From an uncultured Ignavibacteriaceae bacterium (lineage in GTDB: Bacteria > Bacteroidota > Ignavibacteria > UBA10030): DNA of 64,000 nt. The position numbers and the translations under genes were made by a program. Every line of letters begins with the position of its first letter. Position 1 is the first letter of the stretch. The notes beneath the pieces are model-generated. The model was not told the origin of the DNA and made no database searches. It worked only from the letters and a program-made list of their open reading frames with translations. The stretch is from contig CAYIHQ010000002.1 in the NCBI GenBank assembly GCA_964362905.1, forward strand, positions 46,076 to 110,075. The letters run 5' to 3'. Shown here one piece after another: positions 18,796 to 28,428 of this stretch.

Positions 18796-19036
18796 GCTGT
18801 CCTATCATGTTTTTAACTCTAGCTAGAACTTTTTCAGGTTCTGCATAGAATTCATCTTCCCAGTCAACATTATGTAAATGTGCTGATGCTTGCTCTAATG
18901 GTCTTGTGTGTTTAACAAAACCATAGGAACTTAGAATCTGACTAAATCTAAGATCTGGATTCTGAGCTACTATTTTTGTTAGAATTTCTAGTAGTTCTAT
19001 GTTTTTTAATTGCCTTTGGCCCATATTAATTCCCAT
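18782..19036 (-). CDS. hypothetical protein (84 aa)
   Basis: Operon ORF. Confidence 0.35.
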   Translation of the reverse strand: MGINMGQRQLKNIELLEILTKIVAQNPDLRFSQILSSYGFVKHTRPLEQASAHLHNVDWEDEFYAEPEKVLARVKNMIGQHENN

Positions 19037-19400
19037 TCAATGTATTGCAGGTAGCTAATATGCTTAGCTGATCTTGCTCACTGAATTGTGATAAGTCTGC
19101 ATTTGGGGCACAGTAGGTGTCCATAAAAGTATTTGCTTGAATAGGGTTTATATTCACTATGTCAAGGTTATTGAATGTGCAATCTGCTATTGCCTTTTTC
19201 CAAAGTTCTAAAGTTTCATAATCTTGTTGTAGCAATTTATCTTGACAAAGTTGTCTAATTTGTTCAATAAATTCTAATCTAACTATTACATAATTATGAG
19301 ATTCTCCAGAAGATACTATCTTTTGATCTTCTGTTTTAGTTTTTAGGGTGCTATTGCAACCTACAACCAAGAATAATATTGCCGTCAACAAATATTTCAT
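19026..19400 (-). CDS. putative lipoprotein
   Basis: N-terminal MKYLLTAILFLVVGCNS is a signal peptide with a lipobox Cys. Confidence 0.5.
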   Translation of the reverse strand: MKYLLTAILFLVVGCNSTLKTKTEDQKIVSSGESHNYVIVRLEFIEQIRQLCQDKLLQQDYETLELWKKAIADCTFNNLDIVNINPIQANTFMDTYCAPNADLSQFSEQDQLSILATCNTLNGN

Positions 19401-19432
19401 TATTGTTATCCTCTAAACTTCCAGTTAAGTTT

Positions 19433-19648
19433 TTACTTTTCCCGACTTTCATTCATTAGCATAGAGTCGTAGACTTGTGCGCACACAGTCTTTTCTTCTA
19501 CAATTTCCCAACCTTCGGAAGTAATAGTGTGCTTGCGTTCTCCACGCATAATCTCATTAGTATACTGTTTGTTACGAGTCTTCGTAACTATTTTGAAAGG
19601 CTTTTCTCCAGGTTTAGAAACTTTACCGGACACTTGACAAATAAACAT
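19433..19648 (-). CDS. hypothetical basic protein (71 aa)
   Basis: ORF only. Confidence 0.3.
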   Translation of the reverse strand: MFICQVSGKVSKPGEKPFKIVTKTRNKQYTNEIMRGERKHTITSEGWEIVEEKTVCAQVYDSMLMNESREK

Positions 19649-19757
19649 CTTTATTCCCCTTTATATACTTTATGTACTAAATCCAAAATCACAATTATCA
19701 GTATTGTTACTGATATAACAATAATGCTATAAAATACTGCTTCTGACCATGCCATAA

Positions 19758-20186
19758 TTACTCCTTAATCAATTCGTTTAGATTCCAAATTTCTGATTTC
19801 TTAAATATTTCTTCCACAGGTTTTTGTGGCATTAATTTGCGTTTCTTAATGCACCATGCTGCTGGTCCTAATTTATTATCCTTTTTCCACATTTCGTATA
19901 ATTCAGAAATTTCATTATGAGTTATACTTTCGGCATCTGCGGAGCCCCAGACAAAGATATCATTACAATTTACATGAAGAGTAATGAAATCTTTAGGCCA
20001 CTCCTTACCCTCTTCTTTATACCACCAACCATTATTACAGAAAATAACATCTTCTAAAATAAGATGAGCTAATTTATACTCTATTTCATCATAATCAGAT
20101 TGGAGAGTGGCTTGACAAATATCAACAGATATTTTCTTATCCCATAAAGAATTGTCTTTCTGATAGCTTTTCTCTTCTTCGTTCAT
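19758..20186 (-). CDS. hypothetical protein (142 aa)
   Basis: Operon ORF, overlaps the dNMP kinase gene by 4 nt. Confidence 0.4.
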   Translation of the reverse strand: MNEEEKSYQKDNSLWDKKISVDICQATLQSDYDEIEYKLAHLILEDVIFCNNGWWYKEEGKEWPKDFITLHVNCNDIFVWGSADAESITHNEISELYEMWKKDNKLGPAAWCIKKRKLMPQKPVEEIFKKSEIWNLNELIKE

Positions 20187-20887
20187 TTAATGAACCTCTC
20201 TACCTTAACTAGAAATTCTTCTAGGGTACCTTTATTATCAATGACTAAATCGAACTTATAATTATCTAAATCTCTCTCACTAGGATCTGTACTATTTACA
20301 CTATCAAATCTATTAATACGAATAGTAACGAGATTTTTACCAAAAGCTTGTTTAAGTTGCTCTATTTCATTTCTGTATCTACAATCTGATATTACCACAC
20401 CTTCATGCCAATTACCAGTATTATTACAACTTGGGTCTTCTATTTCTGATTTTATATATTCAATAGCCCGATTAACCCAATAACCAGAATCTACAGCCCT
20501 ATTGGTACTACCTTTAAGGATACATAAGCTTCTCGGGGTCCAATAGAGTTGTTTAATATCCCTTCCTATAACTCCTAGGAAGGCCCCAGAATTGTCTATA
20601 TAGTAATCTGAGGGCATATGCCCTTCTGTAGTCCTAAACTCTTTATATAGCCATTTAGAAAGGTTTAAAGTGAAATCATCCTTAGGTATTACAGGATATT
20701 GTTCTAAAGGGGCTTCTTTTAGCTTAGGATCGTCGCAATGCTCTCGTGGTATGTTATACTCTACGGCTACCATATCCTTAAGTGGATCTGCGAATGCTAT
20801 TTTACAGAAATTATGATTTTTAATAAGATATTCTGCCGCAGTATCTTTACCAGATTGTTTAAAACCGCTTAGGGCAAAAATTTTCAT
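20183..20887 (-). CDS. deoxynucleoside monophosphate kinase (T4 gp1-like)
   Basis: N-terminus MKIFALSGFKQSGKDTAAEY matches the T4 gp1 P-loop MKLIFLSGVKRSGKDT. Length about 234 aa. Confidence 0.6.
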   Translation of the reverse strand: MKIFALSGFKQSGKDTAAEYLIKNHNFCKIAFADPLKDMVAVEYNIPREHCDDPKLKEAPLEQYPVIPKDDFTLNLSKWLYKEFRTTEGHMPSDYYIDNSGAFLGVIGRDIKQLYWTPRSLCILKGSTNRAVDSGYWVNRAIEYIKSEIEDPSCNNTGNWHEGVVISDCRYRNEIEQLKQAFGKNLVTIRINRFDSVNSTDPSERDLDNYKFDLVIDNKGTLEEFLVKVERFIK

Positions 20888-21126
20888 TAGTAATTCCTCT
20901 CTAGCATTTCGGCTATTTTATCGCAATCTGGAGGTATTTCCTTATTATATAGATGTTTAATAGTTTTAATGCTGCCCACAGAACAACTCTGAGCAGCTAT
21001 AAAAATTGTTTTTTCTTTAATTTTAATACCTTCAGTGTATGAAATAAAGGCAATAGTGGAAAGTATTCCAAATAGGAAACCATATATAAAAAATTCTATT
21101 TTAGTTGAACTGATATTAAATTTCAT
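20887..21126 (-). CDS. small membrane protein (79 aa)
   Basis: One hydrophobic TM segment. Confidence 0.35.
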   Translation of the reverse strand: MKFNISSTKIEFFIYGFLFGILSTIAFISYTEGIKIKEKTIFIAAQSCSVGSIKTIKHLYNKEIPPDCDKIAEMLERNY

Positions 21127-21202
21127 TTAATTTCCTATACAAACAAATTTACTGGCGGGCCCTCGTATCATAAAAATTAATAGATATCTCACAACAATCA
21201 TA

Positions 21203-21400
21203 CTATTCCTCTATTCCAATATACAATAATTTATAGCCCAGTTCCGCTATACTAGGCGCTTTTGAAGATAATTCTTTTCCAGTTTCCTTTTCAAAAAGAT
21301 CACTTAGACTTTCCTTAATAAAACCATTTTCATCAGGAATTTGATAAATACTTTTAATTCTACCATCAGGAAAAATTATATCATATCTATATTTTTTCAT
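21203..21400 (-). CDS. small hypothetical protein (65 aa)
   Basis: ORF. Ends ...YKLLYIGIEE, a weak tail motif. Confidence 0.3.
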   Translation of the reverse strand: MKKYRYDIIFPDGRIKSIYQIPDENGFIKESLSDLFEKETGKELSSKAPSIAELGYKLLYIGIEE

Positions 21401-21618
21401 CTAGTCTCCTTACAGAAAATAACTTTGGTAGGTTTATCTCCTCTAAGTTTATGTAATTGTATGATACTGTTAATAAAATTTTCACATCCCCAGGCATTAC
21501 CAAAAGATGCTATAAAATCACAGCCATCTCTATTACAACTCATGGCTTTATAGTAAATTTCGGGTTCAGCTCCTGCACAACCTACTATAAATAATAGACT
21601 AATTAAAAGATATTTCAT
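21397..21618 (-). CDS. putative lipoprotein (73 aa)
   Basis: MKYLLISLLFIVGCAGA is a signal peptide with a lipobox. Confidence 0.45.
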   Translation of the reverse strand: MKYLLISLLFIVGCAGAEPEIYYKAMSCNRDGCDFIASFGNAWGCENFINSIIQLHKLRGDKPTKVIFCKETR

Positions 21619-21887
21619 TCTAATGCTCCCTTTATAGTAGCAATACTACTTTTTAACTTAAAAAGTTCTGATGCTGCCTTAGCATTTTTATTTGAAGTTT
21701 CTATAATATTCCAAACCATTTTAAAATATTGTACGATATTATATCTATCGTGCTTAGTATTATAGTCTATATCTTTATCATCTACAATGATAATATCAAT
21801 AGGATTGATATGCAATTCTTTTTTAGTTTTGTCAGATAAAGCGTCATAACTTTCTTTGTCCATAATAAGAGTACTTATTAGTTTCAT
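21615..21887 (-). CDS. hypothetical protein (90 aa)
   Basis: Operon ORF. Confidence 0.35.
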   Translation of the reverse strand: MKLISTLIMDKESYDALSDKTKKELHINPIDIIIVDDKDIDYNTKHDRYNIVQYFKMVWNIIETSNKNAKAASELFKLKSSIATIKGALE

Positions 21888-21905
21888 ATTTGCTCCTTGC
21901 TACCC

Positions 21906-21942
21906 ATAAATAAAAAAGGGTAACTTTTTACAGATTACCCTT
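21906..21942 (-). terminator. rho-independent terminator (minus strand)
   Basis: aagggtaa ... ttaccctt stem. On the minus strand it is followed by uuuuuuauuua. Confidence 0.45.
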
Positions 21943-21968
21943 TATTTGCCAACTTGTCAATTTATTTT

Positions 21969-22124
21969 TATTTTTTCTTCTTAGCCTTTGGAATTTTAAG
22001 TCCCTTTTTTCTGGCTTCTCCAAAAGAAATAGCTACTTTCTGTTTTTGTGGTTTATCTTCGCCTTTCATTTTACTCATTTTTGAACTAATTACTTTTTGA
22101 GCTTTTTTACTTACTTTTGCCATT
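21969..22124 (-). CDS. small very basic protein (51 aa; below the ORF-track cutoff)
   Basis: ATG at 22124 preceded by AGGAGAAATAA. Translates MAKVSKKAQKVISSKMSKMKGEDKPQKQKVAISFGEARKKGLKIPKAKKKK. Followed by the terminator. Confidence 0.4.
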
Positions 22125-22132
22125 TATTTCTC

Positions 22133-23989
22133 CTATAGATTAATTTCACACACACCTCCTACACAAGCTAACATATCTATACGATTAGTGTTATCTTGTT
22201 CTTCCTTAACCTGTTTGAGGTCAATTTCTTTAACTAGCTTATTCATTTCTTCATATTTTTCCTTAGTGATATCTTCGAATGGAGCCTGAACATAGTTGCC
22301 GCCATTATAAGGCAGTAGACTAATACCAGAATATTGTTTACGATTATTCCACATTTCTTCTCGTAGTTCATTCCACTCATTATCTTTTACGGAAATGGTC
22401 ACAGATACATTGTGCTTATTAACTCCAAATCTATGCCCAGGTACTATCCAATTCTTATTATAGAATAAGGCTCTATCTAGCAGTCCCAATGCCGTTTCAC
22501 TCTCACGTACAATAGATCCTTCTGGACTTTCTTGTGGAATACTAACTACTACACCAGAACTACTAGTAACATCATCTTCCACTAGTTCAGGAATAGCATA
22601 TTTTAGGTATACAGCTAAAGCATCATCCTTATTCATACGTATGCGTCTAATATAGAAAGAAGCATGGCGAGCATGGATACCACTAGCGGAACCCAACACA
22701 CAGGAGCTAGTTCCTTCAGGCTTGATTGTTGTGGTTCTTGCTGCGAGATTAATACCGAGTTTCTTTGCGTATTTTTCGTTGACTTCTGTAACGAGTTGAG
22801 CGCCTTTACGTAGTAGAGCTGCATCAACAATATTATTGCTGTCAGCAATACCTGTAAAACTAATACCAAGCAAAGCCTCCTTTTCAGTGGTTTCTTGCCA
22901 AATAGGACGTAGATAATGGAAGTCTGTATAACTAGCTTGCAAAGTACCGATTAAAGCTGCTGCATAGACTCTATTAAGAAAATCTTTCTCAGAATCAATG
23001 CCAGTCTGATTAATAGTAGTCAAATTGCAGAACTGATAGGGGTTCAATGCCGTCTCATGGCAGGGATTAAATCCCCAATCAGGATCATCAGTCCAGCTAA
23101 AGCCAGGTTCTCCAGAACAACTTTCCTTACACATATTGAATATATGGTCAAACTCTTCTTTAGTCACTTCATTACGAGGCAATATAGCGGAATTATTAGC
23201 TCTAGCTCTCCAAGGAGCCGTATTCCACCAATCTCCATGTTTAGCTCTCAGCATTTCGTTATCATCCCTATCAAATAAACAAATTAGTGCAGCACGACGA
23301 ATTCCTCCAGCTAGAACTGCATCTGAAATGATACATATAATATCATGAACTTCAATAGAAGACAGTTTTCTTCCGATTGCCATTTTTAGCTTTTCTTCAA
23401 CAAGCTCTAGCATTTTTCTGAGGGGCTCTGGTCCTGGAGCTTTTGCTCCAGTTGTGACAAGATACGATCCTTTTGCCCTGATTTTTTTTAGGTCAAATTG
23501 AGGTTTGATTCGTCCATAGAAATATGACTCCACAAGAGTACTTACTGCTTGCGCCCAACCCTGAATGGAATCATGCACTACAAAAGTACCTTCTTCTCTA
23601 GGCATTTGTACTTTAGGTAAACTATTAATATGTCTTTTCTGCACTGAATAACCAAATCCTACACCAGATAATAATAAGAACATAGATTCACCGAAACTGC
23701 GTGGGTCATTGATTGGTGCGTAGGAACAATTATACTGTCTAGCATGATTTTTAAGTATAGCTTCACCAGCAAATTGTAAACTTCTCATAGAAGGCATTAC
23801 TTTAAGTTCATGTACTCTTGTGAATGCTTTAATAATATCTCTGGAAAGTTTTGGGAATCGTTCTAAATGCATAGTCATGTCACGATTAATAGTTTCTTCT
23901 AGAGATTCCCTACGTCCTAAATGTGGTAAATATTTAGCATATGTTCTAAATGCAGTAATATCCGATAGAAGTCTATTAGAAGAATTCAT
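22133..23989 (-). CDS. ribonucleotide reductase, large catalytic subunit, class II-like (no R2 subunit seen in window)
   Basis: N-terminal PSMRSLQFAG resembles the RNR SPTLFNAG motif. NPCHET resembles the NPCGE active-site loop. Length about 618 aa. Confidence 0.6.
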   Translation of the reverse strand: MNSSNRLLSDITAFRTYAKYLPHLGRRESLEETINRDMTMHLERFPKLSRDIIKAFTRVHELKVMPSMRSLQFAGEAILKNHARQYNCSYAPINDPRSFGESMFLLLSGVGFGYSVQKRHINSLPKVQMPREEGTFVVHDSIQGWAQAVSTLVESYFYGRIKPQFDLKKIRAKGSYLVTTGAKAPGPEPLRKMLELVEEKLKMAIGRKLSSIEVHDIICIISDAVLAGGIRRAALICLFDRDDNEMLRAKHGDWWNTAPWRARANNSAILPRNEVTKEEFDHIFNMCKESCSGEPGFSWTDDPDWGFNPCHETALNPYQFCNLTTINQTGIDSEKDFLNRVYAAALIGTLQASYTDFHYLRPIWQETTEKEALLGISFTGIADSNNIVDAALLRKGAQLVTEVNEKYAKKLGINLAARTTTIKPEGTSSCVLGSASGIHARHASFYIRRIRMNKDDALAVYLKYAIPELVEDDVTSSSGVVVSIPQESPEGSIVRESETALGLLDRALFYNKNWIVPGHRFGVNKHNVSVTISVKDNEWNELREEMWNNRKQYSGISLLPYNGGNYVQAPFEDITKEKYEEMNKLVKEIDLKQVKEEQDNTNRIDMLACVGGVCEINL

Positions 23990-24022
23990 CAGGTGCTCCT
24001 TTAAAATTGATTTTTACGACTA

Positions 24023-24361
24023 TTATTTGTCTTGCGACTTCTTAAGACTGTACTCGAATTCTTCGTATTTGTCCAGAAGAGTTTCGTGGATTGTATCTAC
24101 TAAAACTGCAAATGATGTACGCTCAGAACGCACTCCATCATTAAAACCAGATTCGTACACCGTATTTGGCTTTAGGTTATTAGCAGGAATTGGCTTCATC
24201 TCAGCTTTGAGATTCTCTAAAAAGTAATTAGATAAAAGAATTATATCCTTCATCCAAACTAACTTTCTCTCTGCAGAAATATAATCCCAGTTAGCTTTTA
24301 CGCCAGATTTAGCAGCATATCTGTTAAATATTTCTCTAGCCATTCCTTCTAATGTTTTCAT
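24023..24361 (-). CDS. hypothetical protein (112 aa)
   Basis: Operon ORF. Confidence 0.4.
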   Translation of the reverse strand: MKTLEGMAREIFNRYAAKSGVKANWDYISAERKLVWMKDIILLSNYFLENLKAEMKPIPANNLKPNTVYESGFNDGVRSERTSFAVLVDTIHETLLDKYEEFEYSLKKSQDK

Positions 24362-24639
24362 TTTAATTTACCACATCTATTCCATAAGTCGTCTATTTGT
24401 TTTTTAGTCACTTTATTTACTAATTGTTTTTTGAAAGCATCCATAGAATAAAGAATTCCGAAATGACAATCTATTACAGAATTTCTTTTAAGTTGTTCCG
24501 ACATGTCAGGACATTCATGTTCATTTTTTGAACAGCCTAGTAAAAACAAAAATAAAATAATTAAATATCGTATGGTATTAATGATTCCTCCAAAAGTCTT
24601 CAATGTCATCAGGATTTTTATTCTTTTCTGTAGAAGCAA
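24358..24639 (-). CDS. outer-membrane lipoprotein, o-spanin (Rz1)-like
   Basis: LFLFLLGCS lipobox. Small Cys-containing protein whose gene overlaps the 3' end of the i-spanin-like gene. Confidence 0.4.
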   Translation of the reverse strand: MLLQKRIKILMTLKTFGGIINTIRYLIILFLFLLGCSKNEHECPDMSEQLKRNSVIDCHFGILYSMDAFKKQLVNKVTKKQIDDLWNRCGKLK

Positions 24640-24913
24640 TTTCTTTTCGTTTGGCTTCTAAATCCAATAGTCCATTTTGTAGCTCTAATACTTCTTTGGC
24701 TAGCACTTCTTTACGATCCATGCGTTCTTTGATTTGAGCTTCAATCAAATCTGCCTCTTTTTGAGTTTTAACTAAATCTATTTGGCCTTTTAGTGCATTA
24801 ACTTCTTTGCGTCTATTACTTAATACATAAATTAATATAGCTATTCCACCAGTTAAAACTAACATAATAATTCCATAAAGACTACTAAAAAATTCTTTAA
24901 TTTTCGCCAACAT
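24578..24913 (-). CDS. i-spanin (Rz)-like: N-terminal TM plus periplasmic coiled coil
   Basis: TM segment LYGIIMLVLTGGIAILIYVL, then a charged coiled coil. Overlaps the lipoprotein gene. Confidence 0.45.
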   Translation of the reverse strand: MLAKIKEFFSSLYGIIMLVLTGGIAILIYVLSNRRKEVNALKGQIDLVKTQKEADLIEAQIKERMDRKEVLAKEVLELQNGLLDLEAKRKEIASTEKNKNPDDIEDFWRNH

Positions 24914-25550
24914 TCGAAATCTCCCAAATATTCGATTTATTTCTAATTTGTTTCAAAAGTTCTACTATCTTAAACATTTCTTCGCCAGTTATAAATTCAT
25001 TTTTAAGTCTATTACAATTAATACAACAAGGAACTACATTACCTACAATATAACCTTTATTGTTATCTACTCTATCCAAACTTAAACAAGTATCAGAAAT
25101 ATTATTTCCGCAAGCGTAATAACAATTTTTATTTTCTATAATTTTAGAGTATTCTTCAAAAGTCAATAAAAATTCTATATTCCTCTTTTTAGCTTCCCAT
25201 TTTCCATAATAATACTTACCTGAAGTGGAGTTTCTATGTTTTTTAGAAGACTTCAGCAAAATATCTCTACCTTTATCGGATTTTCTATATAATCTCTGTC
25301 TATGTTTAGAACAAAGATTATTTCCTCCACCTTTTTCATTACAAAATCTGTCGCAATTTTCCGCAGAACATTTTTTAGGTTCTTTTTTACTTCTTTTTAA
25401 TTTTAGAAAATTTAATTTGTATCCTACTGCTTCGTATGTTCTATTTATTTTTTCTGAAATTTCTTTATTCGATAGTTCTTCATAATTAGCTACTAAAAAA
25501 TCTATCTCTGTTTTTGACCAATGTTTATTTTTCGTCATCAGAATTCTCAA
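24897..25550 (-). CDS. HNH homing endonuclease
   Basis: LSLDRVDNNKGY...CCINCNRLK HNH motif. C-terminal module paralogous to 32836..33453. Confidence 0.7.
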   Translation of the reverse strand: MRILMTKNKHWSKTEIDFLVANYEELSNKEISEKINRTYEAVGYKLNFLKLKRSKKEPKKCSAENCDRFCNEKGGGNNLCSKHRQRLYRKSDKGRDILLKSSKKHRNSTSGKYYYGKWEAKKRNIEFLLTFEEYSKIIENKNCYYACGNNISDTCLSLDRVDNNKGYIVGNVVPCCINCNRLKNEFITGEEMFKIVELLKQIRNKSNIWEISNVGEN

Positions 25551-26058
25551 ATGGCTCAGCTTTATCTAAATTATCTATTTTTCTATGCTTTATGCCTTTT
25601 TCATTTATGCGCATTTCTTCATAAAATACTCTACCACTCTTGATAATATTTTTAATTGTTTTTTGTCTTTTGGACGGATTACTATTACCAGACTTAATTT
25701 CCAAAAAAGATATTGAGCCGTCGTCAAAATTAAATACAATAAAATCTATAGGTGCGCCGATAAAGTGCATCGTCTTAGGGTCATAAGGACATTCTTTTAA
25801 AAAAGGTATAAGATGTTCACTTATCTGACCTAACCTAGTTTCACTAGACTTCTTTTGCGATAATAGTGCTCTATTCTTCTCCCTTTCTTCCCCTAGTTCG
25901 TCCTGTAAATTTACTACATTCTCTTGTAATTCTTTTAATTGATCGTTAAATTTATTGTTAACAATAGCTAATTGAAGATTTCTTTTACCAAGTCTATTCT
26001 GCTGAATCACTTGATATATAAGCAACAATACTAAAATGATCCCTAATACATACTCCAT
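25525..26058 (-). CDS. membrane-anchored protein with PD-(D/E)xK nuclease-like motif
   Basis: N-terminal TM, coiled coil, then PIDFIVF ... FLEIKSG (D ... ExK). Confidence 0.35.
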   Translation of the reverse strand: MEYVLGIILVLLLIYQVIQQNRLGKRNLQLAIVNNKFNDQLKELQENVVNLQDELGEEREKNRALLSQKKSSETRLGQISEHLIPFLKECPYDPKTMHFIGAPIDFIVFNFDDGSISFLEIKSGNSNPSKRQKTIKNIIKSGRVFYEEMRINEKGIKHRKIDNLDKAEPFENSDDEK

Positions 26059-26066
26059 TTATTCCC

Positions 26067-26528
26067 CTATTTTGAACCGTGTGCGGCTGCGCCTATCGCA
26101 TACCCTGCCAATACTGTTAAACCTATCCCCATTAAAATAAAGGCAAAATCTCTTCTTTCTCGATTTTCTTCAACTGAAGTATATTTTAATGTTATAGTTT
26201 CTGCTCTAATTTTCCATAGTTCTGTTTTTTCCTGTTCTAATTTCAAAATTACATCGGATTCAGATTCTTTAATTTTGAGTTTTCTGATTATCGAATTTGT
26301 AGTTTGTAGTTCTTCTTCCAAAAAGCTATTATTTTTTATTTTTATCCGAGTCTCTAATTCTCTTTCTGGAGAAAATAAATAACCACGACAAGGAGCAGGA
26401 TTATTTTCTTCTAGTAATTTGACTGGAGTTAGGCATTCTGTAGCAAAAGAATTAATTGTCATAGCAAAACATAGAGCTATTATTAATAATTTTTTCATTT
26501 TACATTCTCCAATTAAAATCTCTAACAA
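26067..26528 (-). CDS. secreted/membrane protein (signal peptide plus C-terminal TM)
   Basis: MKKLLIIALCFAMTINSFA signal peptide. C-terminal hydrophobic segment. Confidence 0.35.
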   Translation of the reverse strand: MLEILIGECKMKKLLIIALCFAMTINSFATECLTPVKLLEENNPAPCRGYLFSPERELETRIKIKNNSFLEEELQTTNSIIRKLKIKESESDVILKLEQEKTELWKIRAETITLKYTSVEENRERRDFAFILMGIGLTVLAGYAIGAAAHGSK

Positions 26529-27501
26529 TTATCCTACAAAAATTTTCAATTTTAATCTTTTCAAAAATATTACTAATTGTCTCTGTTTCTGAATTGCATT
26601 TCTTTATGATGTTAGCCATTCGTTTTTTGTGATCTTTAGAGCCTTTGGCTATAATTTTGGTGTCTAGATTATAATTGGGGCGGACTTCTGTGAGAATAGC
26701 TGTTTCAACAGTCAAAAATGTTCTAACATATTCATAGGGTACTGCGAAAGCATAACCAAGCTCCCCACTTCCAGCAAATACAACGGCACTAAGTTCCTTA
26801 TTACTATTATAAATAGCTGAACCGCTAGAGCCAGGCATAATTGTTGCTGTAACTAATACTGCTTCATAAGTTCGAATAATTGGCAGACCACCAAAAAATA
26901 AACAAGTTTCGAATAAGTCAATGTCTTTCTTTTCAGCATCAAGACATTCTTTTATACCCATAAACACATCGATAATTTTATTTCCAGAAAAATGTCCCTG
27001 AGTAACTACATTTGGTAATAGGGCTGGATGTCCAGAAACAGTAGCTAATTCAAACATCTTTGGAGCAGAGGTTGCCATAGATACTTTACCTGGCAATTTT
27101 GCTGCAACAGTCATAAGACATAGATCGTGTAATTTTGATTGTTTAAAGCCAGTTACTAGATGCGTATTACCTTCATTCGTTTTTACTAATGCTCCATGTG
27201 CTGCAAATTCGCAAATATGATTATTTGTCAATACTAGACTTTTTATATCCGATGAATAGATAACAGATCCACTACCGCCGCCCCTACCATCCATAGTAGT
27301 AATCATTATAGTGGAATTAGTAATTTCTGACTTGTCAGATAATAAGACCGAGCCTATTAATGCGGCGCTAATCAATACCAAAGCCCCAATGCCTACTTTT
27401 AAAAAGGGGCCTACCGAATGTTCAAGTTTAGTAAATATAGAACTTAGTCTACCTTTTAAATTAGTTAGAATTTTCATTATCTGAGTTTCCTTTCCCTTCA
27501 A
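26500..27501 (-). CDS. trypsin-like (S1/chymotrypsin-fold) serine protease, membrane anchored
   Basis: TM near the N-terminus. Candidate His in LVLTNNHICE, Asp in HDLCLM, Ser in MPGSSGSAIY. Confidence 0.6.
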   Translation of the reverse strand: MKGKETQIMKILTNLKGRLSSIFTKLEHSVGPFLKVGIGALVLISAALIGSVLLSDKSEITNSTIMITTMDGRGGGSGSVIYSSDIKSLVLTNNHICEFAAHGALVKTNEGNTHLVTGFKQSKLHDLCLMTVAAKLPGKVSMATSAPKMFELATVSGHPALLPNVVTQGHFSGNKIIDVFMGIKECLDAEKKDIDLFETCLFFGGLPIIRTYEAVLVTATIMPGSSGSAIYNSNKELSAVVFAGSGELGYAFAVPYEYVRTFLTVETAILTEVRPNYNLDTKIIAKGSKDHKKRMANIIKKCNSETETISNIFEKIKIENFCRIIVRDFNWRM

Positions 27502-27766
27502 CTGTTACTGCGCCTTTTTGGAACTTACGACCAATATAACCAATGCCCACATAACTTAAAAGTTCAAGACAATGATCAAAGTTTAATCCTAGGCTATCTG
27601 CTCCCAACTTGAATGAAGAAATTACCACTAGTACAAAACTTAATAACATCATAGTATATGTTATTGATGGTTTTCCACTAACCATATCTCTCATAATAGG
27701 GGTTGGAATACCCTTTTCGTTTAAAGCTTTAATAAGTGCTTTAATTTTAGCAATTAATTCTTCCAT
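27461..27766 (-). CDS. small membrane protein (101 aa)
   Basis: Hydrophobic central segment. Confidence 0.3.
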   Translation of the reverse strand: MEELIAKIKALIKALNEKGIPTPIMRDMVSGKPSITYTMMLLSFVLVVISSFKLGADSLGLNFDHCLELLSYVGIGYIGRKFQKGAVTVEGKGNSDNENSN

Positions 27767-28428
27767 TAATCTCTCCCCAATTGATGACCTATATGGTCGT
27801 TAAACTTCATATCCGTAAATACAATTTTAGTATTATCGAAGCCTAATTTAGTTAGCCAACCCATGGCAATACCCATGGCATCATATAGATCGCTGGGAGT
27901 CTTTCTAGCTTGGCCAGTAATATTGGATACAGACTCTTCTGGAATAGTTACACGAGTTAACATATATTGTTTTGTAGGCTCTTTAAAATCCTTGTCTTCA
28001 TTTTTCTTAATCTTTAATTGCGATCTCCAAGTTTGAGGTAAAATAGAAGTAACTTTAACTCCATTTTCCCATGCCGCAGCTTTTATAGATCCCTGCATTT
28101 CAGATACTACATTAACTCCCATAGCTTTTTTAGGATTAACTGAATACTGCTCTACAACAATATAATCAATAGCTTCTACTACCCAAAAATAGTTACATAC
28201 TACATGATACATGTAGTTATATTTTTCTTGATGGGACCAATCTGGATTTAGCCAGATAGCACCTGCTTTTATAAATTGTACCTTTTTACTAGTAAAATTC
28301 ACATTAGCTATACAGTATCCGTTACAAGCTGAACTAATATCTAAAAATAAGATATTGATAGCTTCAATTACCTTATCTGTGCCCACATCTTTTTTAAGAC
28401 TTTCTAAGTCTTGAATCTGTTCCGCCAT
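27766..28428 (-). CDS. RuvC-like Holliday junction resolvase
   Basis: ILFLDISSACNGYC (first Asp), YIVVEQY (Glu) and DLYDAMGIAMGW (distal Asp) in RuvC order and spacing. Confidence 0.5.
   Translation of the reverse strand: MAEQIQDLESLKKDVGTDKVIEAINILFLDISSACNGYCIANVNFTSKKVQFIKAGAIWLNPDWSHQEKYNYMYHVVCNYFWVVEAIDYIVVEQYSVNPKKAMGVNVVSEMQGSIKAAAWENGVKVTSILPQTWRSQLKIKKNEDKDFKEPTKQYMLTRVTIPEESVSNITGQARKTPSDLYDAMGIAMGWLTKLGFDNTKIVFTDMKFNDHIGHQLGRD

Noticed and set aside
22633-24227. ORFs antisense to the RNR gene (22633..22869 -, 23057..23278 +, 23136..23348 +, 23820..24227 +)
   Set aside because: They lie inside a well-supported 618-aa gene on the other frame or strand. Composition is low-complexity and there are no RBS.
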